A DNA stretch of 64,000 nt from a virus (taxonomy: Duplodnaviria; Caudoviricetes), in the IMG/VR virus record IMGVR_UViG_3300011337_000669. One strand, written 5' to 3'. Numbering within the stretch: the stretch's first letter is position 1; each line of letters begins with the position of its first letter. Below are positions 9,052-18,640 of the stretch, piece after piece. The notes beneath the pieces are model-generated. The model made no database searches. It had not been told where the DNA came from and saw nothing but the letters and a program-made list of their open reading frames with translations. The position numbers and the translations under genes were made by a program.

Positions 9052-9486
9052 ATGGAATTTGACTTAAACATATTGAACGATTACATAGAGAAGGGTTTGG
9101 TGGTTAAAAATGACCACCCTACCCTTCCTTTGTCTATATACAACTACACCAGAAAAGCACAATACGAGAAATTGTGGGATAATATCACCAAAAGTTGTAG
9201 AGGATTAGTTTTGGATAATCAGGGAAATGTAATCGCCAAATCTTTCGATAAGTTTTTCAACTTAGAAGAACATTCTCCTCAAGAAATACCAAATGAAGAA
9301 TTCGAAGTTTACGAAAAACTCGATGGAAGTTGTATAATTTGTTTTTATTACAAAAATAATTGGATTTTTGCGTCTCGTGGTTCATTTACAAGTGAACAAG
9401 CTCTAATGGCAGAGAAATTATCAAAAAAATATCCAATCAAAATGTTAGATAAAAGTAAATCTTATGTATTTGAAATAATTTATTAA
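9052..9486 (+). CDS. rnlA: T4 Rnl1-type RNA ligase, N-terminal fragment
   Basis: CRGLVLD, KFFN, motif I EKLDGS, SRGSF, motif III FEIIY then TAA; TACCTTTG at 9028-9035. Confidence 0.85.
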   Translation: MEFDLNILNDYIEKGLVVKNDHPTLPLSIYNYTRKAQYEKLWDNITKSCRGLVLDNQGNVIAKSFDKFFNLEEHSPQEIPNEEFEVYEKLDGSCIICFYYKNNWIFASRGSFTSEQALMAEKLSKKYPIKMLDKSKSYVFEIIY

Positions 9487-9539
9487 AAAATAGTTATCCA
9501 TTTTTTCATAAAACTCATATTTATAGTAAAGTAATAAAT

Positions 9540-10502
9540 ATGAGAATAAGAAATAAAATTTGCCCATTTTGTAATGAAAAAATATCAACCATAAATCATT
9601 TGAAAAAATGTAATCCAATTGTAGATGATAATACCGCAATTCAATTAATGATAGAAAAAACATTCAATTGTAATGTAGTAGACATTATTAACGATTATAA
9701 AAAAGGATTATCATTACCTGATATTAAAAGCAAGTATGGTCTTAGTTACAAATACACCAAACAATTGTTGATATTATTTGGGGAGTCAACGAGAACCATA
9801 TCAGAATCATGTAATCAAAATAGATTAAAAAAATGTAAACAAACTGTTATTGATAGATATGGTGTTGACAATGTTAGTAAATCTGAAAAAATAAAAAAGA
9901 AGAAAATAAAAACATTTATATCAAATTATGGGGTGGATAATATATTCAAAACAGACGGATTTACTGAGTATGTAAATAATAAATGTATTGAAAGATATGG
10001 AAAAAAAAGATTAACCAATCCCCAAAAGATATCAGAAAAAAGATTAAATTTTTCTGCCGAAAAATGGGAAAGTATTAAATCAAAGACACGAAAAACAATA
10101 CAAGAAAAATATGAAAATGGTGAATTTACTGATAAATACATATCTTCTCTTGAATTTATAGTTTCAGAAGTATTTGATAGAAATGAAATTGAGTATACGA
10201 CTCAAAAATTTATAGGTGGGTTGTCATATGACTTTCATATTACAAATACAAATATTATTGTAGAGGTGAATGGAGATTATTGGCACGCTAATCCAATTAT
10301 ATATGAAAGCGATGAGACTATAAATTATGCTAATAAGGGACACATACCTGTCTCAGATATATGGAATAGAGATTTAGAAAAGAAAAATAATGCAATTGAA
10401 TTTGGATATACGGTTTTGTATATTTGGGAGAGTGATATAAATGAGAATATAGATTATATAGATGAATTCATATTATTGGAACTATTAAATTATGGCAGGT
10501 AA
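9540..10502 (+). CDS. homing-endonuclease-like protein (Vsr/DUF559-like nuclease domain, YGVDN repeats) inserted in the RNA ligase gene
   Basis: YDFHI..IIVEVNGDYWH..GYTVLYIWE; RYGVDNVSK/NYGVDNIFK repeats; own TATTTAT at 9518-9524. Confidence 0.85.
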   Translation: MRIRNKICPFCNEKISTINHLKKCNPIVDDNTAIQLMIEKTFNCNVVDIINDYKKGLSLPDIKSKYGLSYKYTKQLLILFGESTRTISESCNQNRLKKCKQTVIDRYGVDNVSKSEKIKKKKIKTFISNYGVDNIFKTDGFTEYVNNKCIERYGKKRLTNPQKISEKRLNFSAEKWESIKSKTRKTIQEKYENGEFTDKYISSLEFIVSEVFDRNEIEYTTQKFIGGLSYDFHITNTNIIVEVNGDYWHANPIIYESDETINYANKGHIPVSDIWNRDLEKKNNAIEFGYTVLYIWESDINENIDYIDEFILLELLNYGR

Positions 10503-11097
10503 GAACAGAATTGTAGTTGATTACGGAGATTATGAAGGGTTAGTTTTATTAGGAACCTTTGATAATAATGGGAAAGAATATGATATAGATATTTGGAGAC
10601 AATATGGATTTGATGTTGTTAAGAAATATGACGGCATACAGGATTATAAGACCCTTAAATCTTCTATCTCCAAAGAAAGGGAGGGTTATGTAATAAAGTT
10701 CAGAAGTGGTCTCAGAGTCAAGATAAAAGGGGAATTTTATGTTCATCTCCACAGAATCTTAACAGGGTTTTCAAATGCCCATATTTGGGAATATTTGAAA
10801 GACAAAAAAGACATAACCACCTTGTTAGATAGTGTTCCTGACGAATTTGACTCATGGGTAAAAAATACCGTGAAAGATTTGGTCGATAAATATGAAAATA
10901 TCCTGAAAGATTATACCGAAATATTCAACGAACTGAAATCAAAAAATTTGGATACAAAAGAATTTGCAGAAAATGCAAAAAGATATGAACATCCGTCAAT
11001 ATTATTCAGTATGTTGAATGGAAAAGATGTGTCTCCATTCATATGGAAAATGATAAAACCTGAATTTAGCAAACCGTTTTGGATGAAAGAATCATGA
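10492..11097 (+). CDS. rnlA: T4 Rnl1-type RNA ligase, C-terminal fragment
   Basis: NRIVVDYGDYEGLVLLG, motif IV EGYVI, motif V RVKIKG; start overlaps the endonuclease stop. Confidence 0.85.
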   Translation: MAGKNRIVVDYGDYEGLVLLGTFDNNGKEYDIDIWRQYGFDVVKKYDGIQDYKTLKSSISKEREGYVIKFRSGLRVKIKGEFYVHLHRILTGFSNAHIWEYLKDKKDITTLLDSVPDEFDSWVKNTVKDLVDKYENILKDYTEIFNELKSKNLDTKEFAENAKRYEHPSILFSMLNGKDVSPFIWKMIKPEFSKPFWMKES

Positions 11098-11294
11098 AAC
11101 CGAGTTTAGAAAAAATATTGAGCAGATACATTGTTCACACAGGATTTTTTGATATAAATTCAGTTGAAAAATGTATGGAAAAATCTTATGATTTGGGGAT
11201 TGAGGAATTTTTGGAATGGTTATCAAAACAAGACCATTTGTCCGACAACATAAACTACATCATCGAAGAATGGGAGAACAAAAATAAATTATGA
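11094..11294 (+). CDS. hypothetical protein
   Basis: ATGA overlap with upstream stop. Confidence 0.65.
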   Translation: MKPSLEKILSRYIVHTGFFDINSVEKCMEKSYDLGIEEFLEWLSKQDHLSDNINYIIEEWENKNKL

Positions 11295-11620
11295 AATATT
11301 ATCTTTTGGTTTTGGCATTTCAAATTATGTTCAATATCTTTAAGGTGTTAGAAATAAAATACACATACGAGAACAAGTTGAGTCTATTGTTGTACAATTC
11401 CATTTACATTAACTTAGTCGCATTAGCATCAGTTTATTGGTCATTGGACCTTCTGTTTGAAGGTGATTGGTGGGTAATTCCATTTTATGTTGGTGGAAGT
11501 GTTATTGGAAAATGGATTGCCATGCGTCATGTTGAAAATATCAGATACAAAATATTCAAGTTATTCGGAAAAAAAATTAGTAAATTACAGAATAAACCAG
11601 TCAAAACAGATGAAGACTAA
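11291..11620 (+). CDS. small membrane protein
   Basis: Three hydrophobic segments. Confidence 0.7.
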   Translation: MKYYLLVLAFQIMFNIFKVLEIKYTYENKLSLLLYNSIYINLVALASVYWSLDLLFEGDWWVIPFYVGGSVIGKWIAMRHVENIRYKIFKLFGKKISKLQNKPVKTDED

Positions 11621-12263
11621 CACAGAAAATAAGTTTGAATTCAAGGATAATAGACCTTTCAAAGAAAAGACAATAGATTTTCTACAAAGTCTTATGTTTT
11701 GGAAGGGTAGAAAAAAAGGAATGATTTTTACTAGAAATATTTCTTTGGACGAACTCCGTGCAGTTTTTTTTCCAAAAAATTTTTACGAGAAGTATCATTA
11801 TTTAGGATCAGTTCCTTACCGAGAAGATGGGAAATTGTTTAAAGCATTGTACCCTTTAGTTCTTGCCATGGACTATGAGGCAAAACCTAAATGGTGTCCA
11901 AGATGGGTTCTACGTTTTCTTCACTTGTTTGGTTCTGATAATTCCATAGTGAGAGTTCGTAATTTCACTTTACACAATTTGGAGAAAAAACTTACAAAAG
12001 GAATGATGATGTGGGATTACAAAACTAAGTGGACGGATTATGATTTGAGGATTTCAATCAACGCACCACAACATCTTCAGGATTTGGCAGATTACATCGA
12101 AGATGGATATTATTCTAAAGGAAGACAAGAAGAATTGGTTGGAAAGATTAAGGCTATCGATCCTGAGGCAAAAATAGTTTGGGGTAGTGTTGATAGATTA
12201 GTTGAACAGTACAACAAATTAAACAGTAAAACAGACCAAGACACTTATGACTATATCAGTTGA
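11610..12263 (+). CDS. hypothetical protein
   Basis: ORF track; ATG at 11610 chosen to minimise overlap. Confidence 0.75.
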   Translation: MKTNTENKFEFKDNRPFKEKTIDFLQSLMFWKGRKKGMIFTRNISLDELRAVFFPKNFYEKYHYLGSVPYREDGKLFKALYPLVLAMDYEAKPKWCPRWVLRFLHLFGSDNSIVRVRNFTLHNLEKKLTKGMMMWDYKTKWTDYDLRISINAPQHLQDLADYIEDGYYSKGRQEELVGKIKAIDPEAKIVWGSVDRLVEQYNKLNSKTDQDTYDYIS

Positions 12264-12441
12264 AATATTAATAGCAATTTTCTTTGCACTTCTAACACCC
12301 ATTGTTATTTCTATTATGTGGGTAAAAGGTATAGATTATATGCAAAAAAATCATCCCGATTACAAAGGATATGACTTATTTGATGAAGGAGAAGAAGATA
12401 AACCTCTTGACGAAGATGAAAAAGATGATATCAAAAATTAA
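12247..12441 (+). CDS. small membrane-anchored protein
   Basis: N-terminal TM, acidic tail. Confidence 0.65.
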   Translation: MTISVEILIAIFFALLTPIVISIMWVKGIDYMQKNHPDYKGYDLFDEGEEDKPLDEDEKDDIKN

Positions 12442-12525
12442 ATTGATTCTGAAAGATATTTGGTTGGGAATCACCCTATCCAATGAATTCAAAAATAACC
12501 ACCAACAATGGCCTAAAATTTAGTT

Positions 12526-13596
12526 ATGAATAAAATAGATTTACAATATCAACAACTCCTACAAGATATTCTTGATAATGGGGTGGAGAAAAAAACTAGG
12601 AATGGTGACACTATTTCAGTATTTGGTAGACAAATTCGTCACAAAATGAGTGAGGGGTTTCCACTATTGACTACAAAAAAAATGGCATTTAAGACGATGG
12701 TAGTTGAGTTACTATGGTTTTTAAGAGGTGATACGTCAATAGAGTATCTACTTAAAAATGACTGCAACATATGGACGGGAGACGCTTATAAGAACTATTG
12801 TAATCAAATTCCTGAGTATAGTAAGCAATTTACTATGTCTAAAGAAGAGTACATTGAAAAAATAAAAACTGATGATGAGTTTGCAGAGAGATTTGGAAAT
12901 CTCGGAAAAATCTATGGGCATGGTTGGCGTAACTGGAATGGGGAAATCGACCAAATATCGGAGTTAATTGTGTTATTAAAAGAAAGTCCTGATTCCAGAC
13001 GTATGGTTGTAAATGCTTGGAACGCCTCAGATTTACCTCACCAAGTTTTGCCACCTTGTCATTATGGATTTCAAGTTTATACACGAGAGTTGACAGTTGG
13101 TGAAAGATTAGATTTGGCATCAAAAACATATGGCACATTTGACCCATTTGATTTCGGTTTCGGAATACCTGAAAAAGTAGACCATAATCAAATAGATGAA
13201 TTATATCCGGTTCCCAAACGAGCAATTTCTCTAATGTTCAATATGAGATCATCGGACACTTTTCTTGGATTGCCATTTAACATCGCATCTTATGGGTTGT
13301 TATTGGAAATTATTGCAAAGGAAGTAAATATGGTTCCTGATGAATTGATTGGTAATTTGGGTGATGTACATCTATACAAAAACCACATTGAACAAGCAAA
13401 AGAACAAATGTATAGAAGACCTTATGATTTACCAAAAGTTCAAATCACCGAAAGAAATTGGTATCAACATGAATTGGTTAAAGAACATTTGGGTGAAAAA
13501 ACTTTCGATCAAAAGATTATGAGTTATAGGCCTGATTGTTTTGAGTTAATTAATTATCAGTATCATCCAACCATCAAAGCTCCTCTGTCCAATTAA
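12526..13596 (+). CDS. thyA: thymidylate synthase
   Basis: FPLLTTKK, ELLWFLRG, RRMVVNAWN, LPPCH, RSSDTFLGLPFNIASY, HLYKNH. Confidence 0.97.
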   Translation: MNKIDLQYQQLLQDILDNGVEKKTRNGDTISVFGRQIRHKMSEGFPLLTTKKMAFKTMVVELLWFLRGDTSIEYLLKNDCNIWTGDAYKNYCNQIPEYSKQFTMSKEEYIEKIKTDDEFAERFGNLGKIYGHGWRNWNGEIDQISELIVLLKESPDSRRMVVNAWNASDLPHQVLPPCHYGFQVYTRELTVGERLDLASKTYGTFDPFDFGFGIPEKVDHNQIDELYPVPKRAISLMFNMRSSDTFLGLPFNIASYGLLLEIIAKEVNMVPDELIGNLGDVHLYKNHIEQAKEQMYRRPYDLPKVQITERNWYQHELVKEHLGEKTFDQKIMSYRPDCFELINYQYHPTIKAPLSN

Positions 13597-13599
13597 GTC

Positions 13600-13836
13600 G
13601 TGCAAATTGTTATTCTACTCAGTAAAGATGTTCCTGAAGATATTTCAGAATTAATCTTGGGACACAAGTTGGAGGGTGGTTACTCGATAGATTACGCATT
13701 AAATTCTTTGGTTTCCTATCATAATGGTAAAGAAATTATTATATTTAATTTCACAAAGTACCTCGTATTAGATAACAGGTTTAGTGGATATAAAATAGAC
13801 GATTACGGAACGAAAATAGTTATAAATTTCAAATAA
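13600..13836 (+). CDS. hypothetical protein
   Basis: ORF track, GTG start. Confidence 0.6.
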   Translation: MQIVILLSKDVPEDISELILGHKLEGGYSIDYALNSLVSYHNGKEIIIFNFTKYLVLDNRFSGYKIDDYGTKIVINFK

Positions 13837-14073
13837 ATGTTAAAGTTAACAGAAACACAAAAAAATCAAACTTATGAAATAAGTTTGCAATCTAATGGTA
13901 TTGTTGTCGGTTCATTTGTAAAAATTGATGGATTCTTTTATTATTACCCGCCCAAAGAAAGATTTTGGGGATGTTATTCAGAAGAATTTCTCAAGAGTTT
14001 ATCAAATGAGTTAGAAAAATTAAATTACCCAATTAATAAAAGTATTGACGAATACTTCGAATTACAAACATAG
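13837..14073 (+). CDS. hypothetical protein
   Basis: ORF track, abuts upstream stop. Confidence 0.65.
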   Translation: MLKLTETQKNQTYEISLQSNGIVVGSFVKIDGFFYYYPPKERFWGCYSEEFLKSLSNELEKLNYPINKSIDEYFELQT

Positions 14074-14082
14074 AATTATAAT

Positions 14083-14241
14083 ATGGAAGATTCGAAAGCT
14101 CGTTGCAAATGTGGTTGGCCTTGGATATTCCATTATAGTTCAAAAGGAAAAATGAATGCAATATTCAAGGCCAAGCTCCCACAAAAAACTATTGAAGATT
14201 ATATAAAAGGAGATTATTGGCTAAAAAATGAAAAAAGTTAA
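14083..14241 (+). CDS. 52-aa hypothetical protein
   Basis: Manual translation MEDSKARCKCGWPWIFHY...; fills operon gap. Confidence 0.5.
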   Translation: MEDSKARCKCGWPWIFHYSSKGKMNAIFKAKLPQKTIEDYIKGDYWLKNEKS

Positions 14242-14428
14242 AGAAGTATTTGTAATTTTTAATCCTTACGATAATGGATACTATGATGGGGAAGGGTTCT
14301 TTCGAGGTATTCTATTTTGCAAAAAATATGTTGAGAAAGAAAATGCGATATTAGATATCGAAAAAATATTGAACAGTTCAATTGGAAAAACTTACTTAAA
14401 AATTGAAACATTACACACCAACTCGTGA
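14228..14428 (+). CDS. hypothetical protein
   Basis: ORF track. Confidence 0.65.
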   Translation: MKKVKEVFVIFNPYDNGYYDGEGFFRGILFCKKYVEKENAILDIEKILNSSIGKTYLKIETLHTNS

Positions 14429-14430
14429 TT

Positions 14431-14772
14431 ATGAAAGAAATTAGACCTTGGGGTTTTTTTGAAATATTATTAGACACTGATTATACCAAAGTGAAACAAA
14501 TTACGGTTAATCCAAATCAGAGATTATCCTATCAGTACCACAACCAAAGAAAAGAATATTGGACTATTGTTCAAGGTTCGGCGACCATAATTCTTGATGA
14601 TGAAAAAGTTTTCAGATATCAAGGGGAGTCAATTCATATTCCACTTGGGTCAAAACATCGAATAATGAATGAAGATGAAACACCGTTGGTGTTCATTGAA
14701 GTTCAAGTTGGAACTTATTTTGGTGAAGATGATATTGTTAGAATTGAGGATGACTACGGGAGAGATAATTAA
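14431..14772 (+). CDS. cupin, mannose-6-phosphate isomerase type II C-terminal-like
   Basis: RPWG, RLSYQYH..RKEYW, HRIMN, IEVQVGTYFGEDDIVRIEDDYGR. Confidence 0.9.
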   Translation: MKEIRPWGFFEILLDTDYTKVKQITVNPNQRLSYQYHNQRKEYWTIVQGSATIILDDEKVFRYQGESIHIPLGSKHRIMNEDETPLVFIEVQVGTYFGEDDIVRIEDDYGRDN

Positions 14773-14789
14773 TCTCTTCCCGTTAATTC

Positions 14790-15392
14790 CTATAAACTAA
14801 TATACAGTTGTAATAATTTTTGAGAAAATGTTTTAGCATATCTGTTAACCAAATCCATATCATCTACGTCCTTTTGGTTTGATTCCATATACTTGATTAC
14901 ACCATCTATAATTTTATTTTTGGATTCCTCGGCATTATCCAAAACTTCTTGGAAGTTTTCATCATCTTCCATATTTTCTCCATAGTATCTTTCAATATGT
15001 GATTTACCTGCATATAATAATGGGGCGGCTCCAAACATATTAACAATTCCCGAGTCTCTAATTGTTGTTAGATATTCTCTAAACCATCTCCAATCAAAGT
15101 TATTTAATAAGTCAGAGTTTTGGGTTAAAAATTCCCAACCTGGATTACGTTGTTCATCTATTTTTTCCGAAGAAACCTTTTTCCATGAATCTGTAGAACT
15201 AATTAAGGCTAAATTAGACCCATTTTCCCATTTAACACTAATTATCTTTTCATCACCATTAGGTTCAAATGGGTCAGTAGTTATGTCGGTAACTACACCA
15301 ATCGTGCCAGGAAGTACACCAATTTCTCCTTCCATGTGATAGCACATAACTTTATCCCCAACTTTTAATTCCGCATTTAATGATCCTTTCAT
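14790..15392 (-). CDS. DUF4314-like SH3-type domain fused to a second small domain
   Basis: LKVGDKV..GTIGVV..VKWENGSNLALI; IRDSGIVNMFGA; TATTTAT at 15397-15403. Confidence 0.7.
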   Translation of the reverse strand: MKGSLNAELKVGDKVMCYHMEGEIGVLPGTIGVVTDITTDPFEPNGDEKIISVKWENGSNLALISSTDSWKKVSSEKIDEQRNPGWEFLTQNSDLLNNFDWRWFREYLTTIRDSGIVNMFGAAPLLYAGKSHIERYYGENMEDDENFQEVLDNAEESKNKIIDGVIKYMESNQKDVDDMDLVNRYAKTFSQKLLQLYISL

Positions 15393-15425
15393 AACAATAA
15401 ATATAAGTAATATATTTATAATCAT

Positions 15426-16046
15426 ATGGAATTTTTAATTACAGAATCTCAATTGAGAACCCTTCTTACAGAGGAAGAGAAGTCAATGCTTGGAACCTAT
15501 ATGAAAAGGTTAAATGTATTTACAAAACAAATTGTAAATCGGGCATTCAAATCATACGGATTAAACTTAAGAATGCTTCTAACTTGGGGTACTGCCGTAG
15601 GTGGAATGGTGCTTCCATTAGACCAATTTCTAAGAGACCAAAATTTCAATTTAACCGAAGACCAAAGAATGTTGGTGTTAGCAGGTTTGGCATTTTCATT
15701 ATTTTTTGAAACCAAAAAACCATCAATGAAATTATTTTCAGTGATTAAAGAAGAAGGGTTGGAAGAAATTTTCAAAGTTGGGTTAAGAAAAGGAAAACAA
15801 TTGAAAAATGTCTTCTTAAACTTTATGTCCTCTGTGGGCGCGGGTTCTGCGGCTTTTATTGACACGATAGCATACAGTTTCATGATACCTATTATTACAG
15901 ATATTCAATCTGTAATTATGGAAACGCAAGATATAGACGAGGCGGCAATTTTGATTACGGAAAGATTGATTGCGTCAGGTGTTGTATTGATGAGTTCTCA
16001 AGCTTTGACCGAAACAGTTAAAAAAGTTATAGAAAAATTAAAGTAA
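15426..16046 (+). CDS. leader-family protein (MEFLITESQ) with hydrophobic segments
   Basis: ORF track; TATTTAT at 15413-15419. Confidence 0.8.
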   Translation: MEFLITESQLRTLLTEEEKSMLGTYMKRLNVFTKQIVNRAFKSYGLNLRMLLTWGTAVGGMVLPLDQFLRDQNFNLTEDQRMLVLAGLAFSLFFETKKPSMKLFSVIKEEGLEEIFKVGLRKGKQLKNVFLNFMSSVGAGSAAFIDTIAYSFMIPIITDIQSVIMETQDIDEAAILITERLIASGVVLMSSQALTETVKKVIEKLK

Positions 16047-16047
16047 G

Positions 16048-16434
16048 TTAATCTTGAACGTCAACCAAATTGACAATTTTTGTACAAGTCACAGAATAGT
16101 CAAGTCCAAAAACATTCAGAAAATTTGACAATAACTCTTGTATTTTATACCTAACTTCAAGATGTGGATCGGATGTAGATGTAATTGGAGTTTCTTCTCC
16201 AAAATATTTTTTGAGTGTTCCCCAAAATCTATCTGATTGTTCATTAGATGGTAAGACATACAAAGTATATTCAATATACTCTTTCTTTTCTCCGAAAGTG
16301 ATATAGTAGTCTATTCCTGTAAGTTTTACTTTGAAATCAGTTTCAAAATTAAAATTGTCCTCGGCAAATAGTTGAAAGGTATGATTTTCCAAAAATTTAT
16401 TTATTCTATTCCACAACTTATCTGATGGTTCCAT
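16048..16434 (-). CDS. hypothetical protein
   Basis: ORF track. Confidence 0.75.
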   Translation of the reverse strand: MEPSDKLWNRINKFLENHTFQLFAEDNFNFETDFKVKLTGIDYYITFGEKKEYIEYTLYVLPSNEQSDRFWGTLKKYFGEETPITSTSDPHLEVRYKIQELLSNFLNVFGLDYSVTCTKIVNLVDVQD

Positions 16435-16437
16435 ATC

Positions 16438-16704
16438 TTATAATTCTTCAATTTCGACAACCAATTGGTCCGGTCCTTTTATGACTCTATGCCAAACAAA
16501 TTTGGGAATGTGAATATGACTGGCCCGAGACAATTTGACCGGCAATTCATTTTCCATTTGAAATGACCATCCTCCATCTTCAATGATGGTTACGTTTCGG
16601 TCATTCAAATCTTGATGCCACTTTAATTCTTCTTCTTCTACATCAGGACTAAACGTCCTAATTTTTTTATTATCTACTTCTATTTGTTCAAAAGGAAAAT
16701 CCAT
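16438..16704 (-). CDS. small cupin-like phage protein
   Basis: LKWHQD..WSFQMENELP..IHIPKFVWHRVIKG. Confidence 0.7.
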   Translation of the reverse strand: MDFPFEQIEVDNKKIRTFSPDVEEEELKWHQDLNDRNVTIIEDGGWSFQMENELPVKLSRASHIHIPKFVWHRVIKGPDQLVVEIEEL

Positions 16705-17327
16705 TACCAAGAATTTGAAGATGATAATCCAAGTTGTTTTGCATACCGTCCCAAGTTGCAGCTCCAGTAACCTGCGGTGGTTCTGTCTTTCTTTTGATCA
16801 CATTTGTGTCTTGCTCGGAATGACTTTGCGGCACCCTTATTAGCGTTTCTAACTCTTAAGTTAGGATCACCAAAAGATACTTTTTTAATACCACCACTTT
16901 TAGATTTAACATAAACTGAGAATTTCTTTGGTCCTCCTGAAGTTCTGAATGGTTTATTCAACTTAACATTTTTACCTCGATGTTTTGCTTCTTCCAAAAC
17001 TTCCTCTTCGTCTTCATCCTCAGTTACGAATGGAGCGTCAAGATAGATTAATTGACCCTTAATCATTACTTTTTTACCCAAGTCTGATTCAACCATTAAA
17101 GTGTCCTCTTCATTCAAGTCAATCTTACCCTCTTCCCACAATCTTCTTACTTCATTTACCAAATCAAAATAACTTTCAGAATATGCTCTGAAAATGTTAT
17201 TTGTCAAAGTTAATTCATTATCAACATGGTATTTCAGTGATTCAGAAAGTTCAACAGATTCTTTAATAATTAAAGATTTGTTCAAATGATCTTCTAATGT
17301 TTCTTTGATAAGTTCCCTTAAATCCAT
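16704..17327 (-). CDS. leader-family protein with basic C-terminal domain typical of T4-like phages
   Basis: MDLRELIKETLE leader; VLEE-AKHRGKNVKLNKPFR..KSFRARHKC..AGYWSC; TATTTAT at 17344-17350. Confidence 0.8.
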   Translation of the reverse strand: MDLRELIKETLEDHLNKSLIIKESVELSESLKYHVDNELTLTNNIFRAYSESYFDLVNEVRRLWEEGKIDLNEEDTLMVESDLGKKVMIKGQLIYLDAPFVTEDEDEEEVLEEAKHRGKNVKLNKPFRTSGGPKKFSVYVKSKSGGIKKVSFGDPNLRVRNANKGAAKSFRARHKCDQKKDRTTAGYWSCNLGRYAKQLGLSSSNSW

Positions 17328-17582
17328 TGGTTTGTTATTTCTTATAAATACTCTTACTCCCTATTAGAAATCGACTCAACCCATATTTCATACGTATATT
17401 TTGTGGTATTGTGAGGTATTACAGATTACAAAATGCTAAAAAAATTAGTAAAAGCATATTCATTCGATAGTATCTTGGTTACTATAAATACTAAAAAAAT
17501 AGTAATTGGTTGGAATTTTATTATTTTATTGTTCCAACCCTATCTGATTTTTAGAATATTTATAAGAATAAAATAAATTACT

Positions 17583-18410
17583 ATGATACTAAAAAACGGG
17601 TCTAAAGGGGAAAACGTTAAAAAACTCCAAACAAAATTAGGTTTGGGAGCCGATGGTATATTCGGTTCTGGAACAGAGGCGGCAGTTAAAAAATGGCAAG
17701 CAGCAAATGGATTGACTGCTGACGGAATCGTTGGTGAAGGGACTTGGACGAAGATGTTCGGTGCTAAACAACTAATTACTGAACCATCAACTCCAATTGT
17801 TAATGCTGGTCCACTCAAGTTGGAAAACCTTAAGGGACACATCCCTGATGCGGTACTTGCTCAGATTCCTGACGCAGCAAAAAAATTCAACATTACAAAC
17901 CCACTTAGATTGGCACACTTTTTGGCACAAGCGAGTCATGAAAGTGCCGGATTCAAAGCAGTTCAAGAAAATCTTAACTATTCTGCCGATGGTTTGAAAA
18001 AAATATTCCCAAAGTATTTCCCTGGAAACTTAGCGGAAGGTTACGCTAAAAACCCTGAAAAAATCGCTTCAAAAGTTTATGGAAGTAGAATGGGTAATGG
18101 TGACGAAACAACCAAAGAAGGTTACAAATTTAGGGGTCGTGGATTTTTGCAGACGACTGGAAAGGAAAATTATAAAAAATTAGGTGATTTTTTAGGCGTA
18201 AATTTGATTGAGAGTCCTGATTTGGTCGCAACAAAATATCCTTTGGCTTCTGCGGCATTTTTCTTTGATTCAAACAAATTGTGGACCATTTGTGATAAAG
18301 GGGCTGATGAATCAACTGTAACTGCGGTTACAAAACGAGTGAATGGAGGAACAATAGGAATTACGCACCGGTTGTCGGAATTCAAACATTTCTATAAACT
18401 CCTGAGTTAA
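17583..18410 (+). CDS. endolysin: peptidoglycan-binding domain plus GH19 lysozyme domain
   Basis: LKNGSKG..DGIFG..DGIVG PG-binding repeats; RLAHFLAQASHES, FRGRGFLQTTG, VTKRVNGG. Confidence 0.92.
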   Translation: MILKNGSKGENVKKLQTKLGLGADGIFGSGTEAAVKKWQAANGLTADGIVGEGTWTKMFGAKQLITEPSTPIVNAGPLKLENLKGHIPDAVLAQIPDAAKKFNITNPLRLAHFLAQASHESAGFKAVQENLNYSADGLKKIFPKYFPGNLAEGYAKNPEKIASKVYGSRMGNGDETTKEGYKFRGRGFLQTTGKENYKKLGDFLGVNLIESPDLVATKYPLASAAFFFDSNKLWTICDKGADESTVTAVTKRVNGGTIGITHRLSEFKHFYKLLS

Positions 18411-18417
18411 CTATTTC

Positions 18418-18450
18418 AAAAAAATCCTTTCACAATCGGAAGGATTTTTT
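18418..18450 (+). terminator. intrinsic terminator after endolysin
   Basis: AAAAATCCTT/AAGGATTTTT stem with T tract. Confidence 0.65.
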
Positions 18451-18499
18451 TATTATAAATATTTATAATTTTTTATAAAAATTGTATATTTATTATTAT

Positions 18500-18640
18500 A
18501 TGAAACAGAAAAGTTTAATTATCTCCGAAAAAACCCATGAATCCCTAAAAAAATTTTGTAAAATGAATTCATATAAAATGAATGATTGGGTTGAAAAGTT
18601 AATAGATAAAGAAATAAAAAAACAAAATTATGAGTCATAA
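18500..18640 (+). CDS. 46-aa ribbon-helix-helix-like protein
   Basis: Manual translation MKQKSLIISEKTHESLKKFCKMNSYKMNDWVEKLID; overlaps start of GIY-YIG gene. Confidence 0.55.
   Translation: MKQKSLIISEKTHESLKKFCKMNSYKMNDWVEKLIDKEIKKQNYES

Noticed and set aside
9487-10491. Group I intron or intein in the RNA ligase gene
   Set aside because: No non-coding room for an intron core, and an in-frame stop rules out an intein. The shared TATTAAA at both junctions is too AT-rich to call a target-site duplication.
6985-17479. 15-nt match CGATAGTATCTTGGT at 6985 and 17465
   Set aside because: A few matches of this length are expected by chance in 64 kb and the contexts are unrelated.
17351-17490. Tiny ORFs (14-18 aa) after a TATTTAT motif at ~17484-17490
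   Set aside because: Too short to support from sequence alone.
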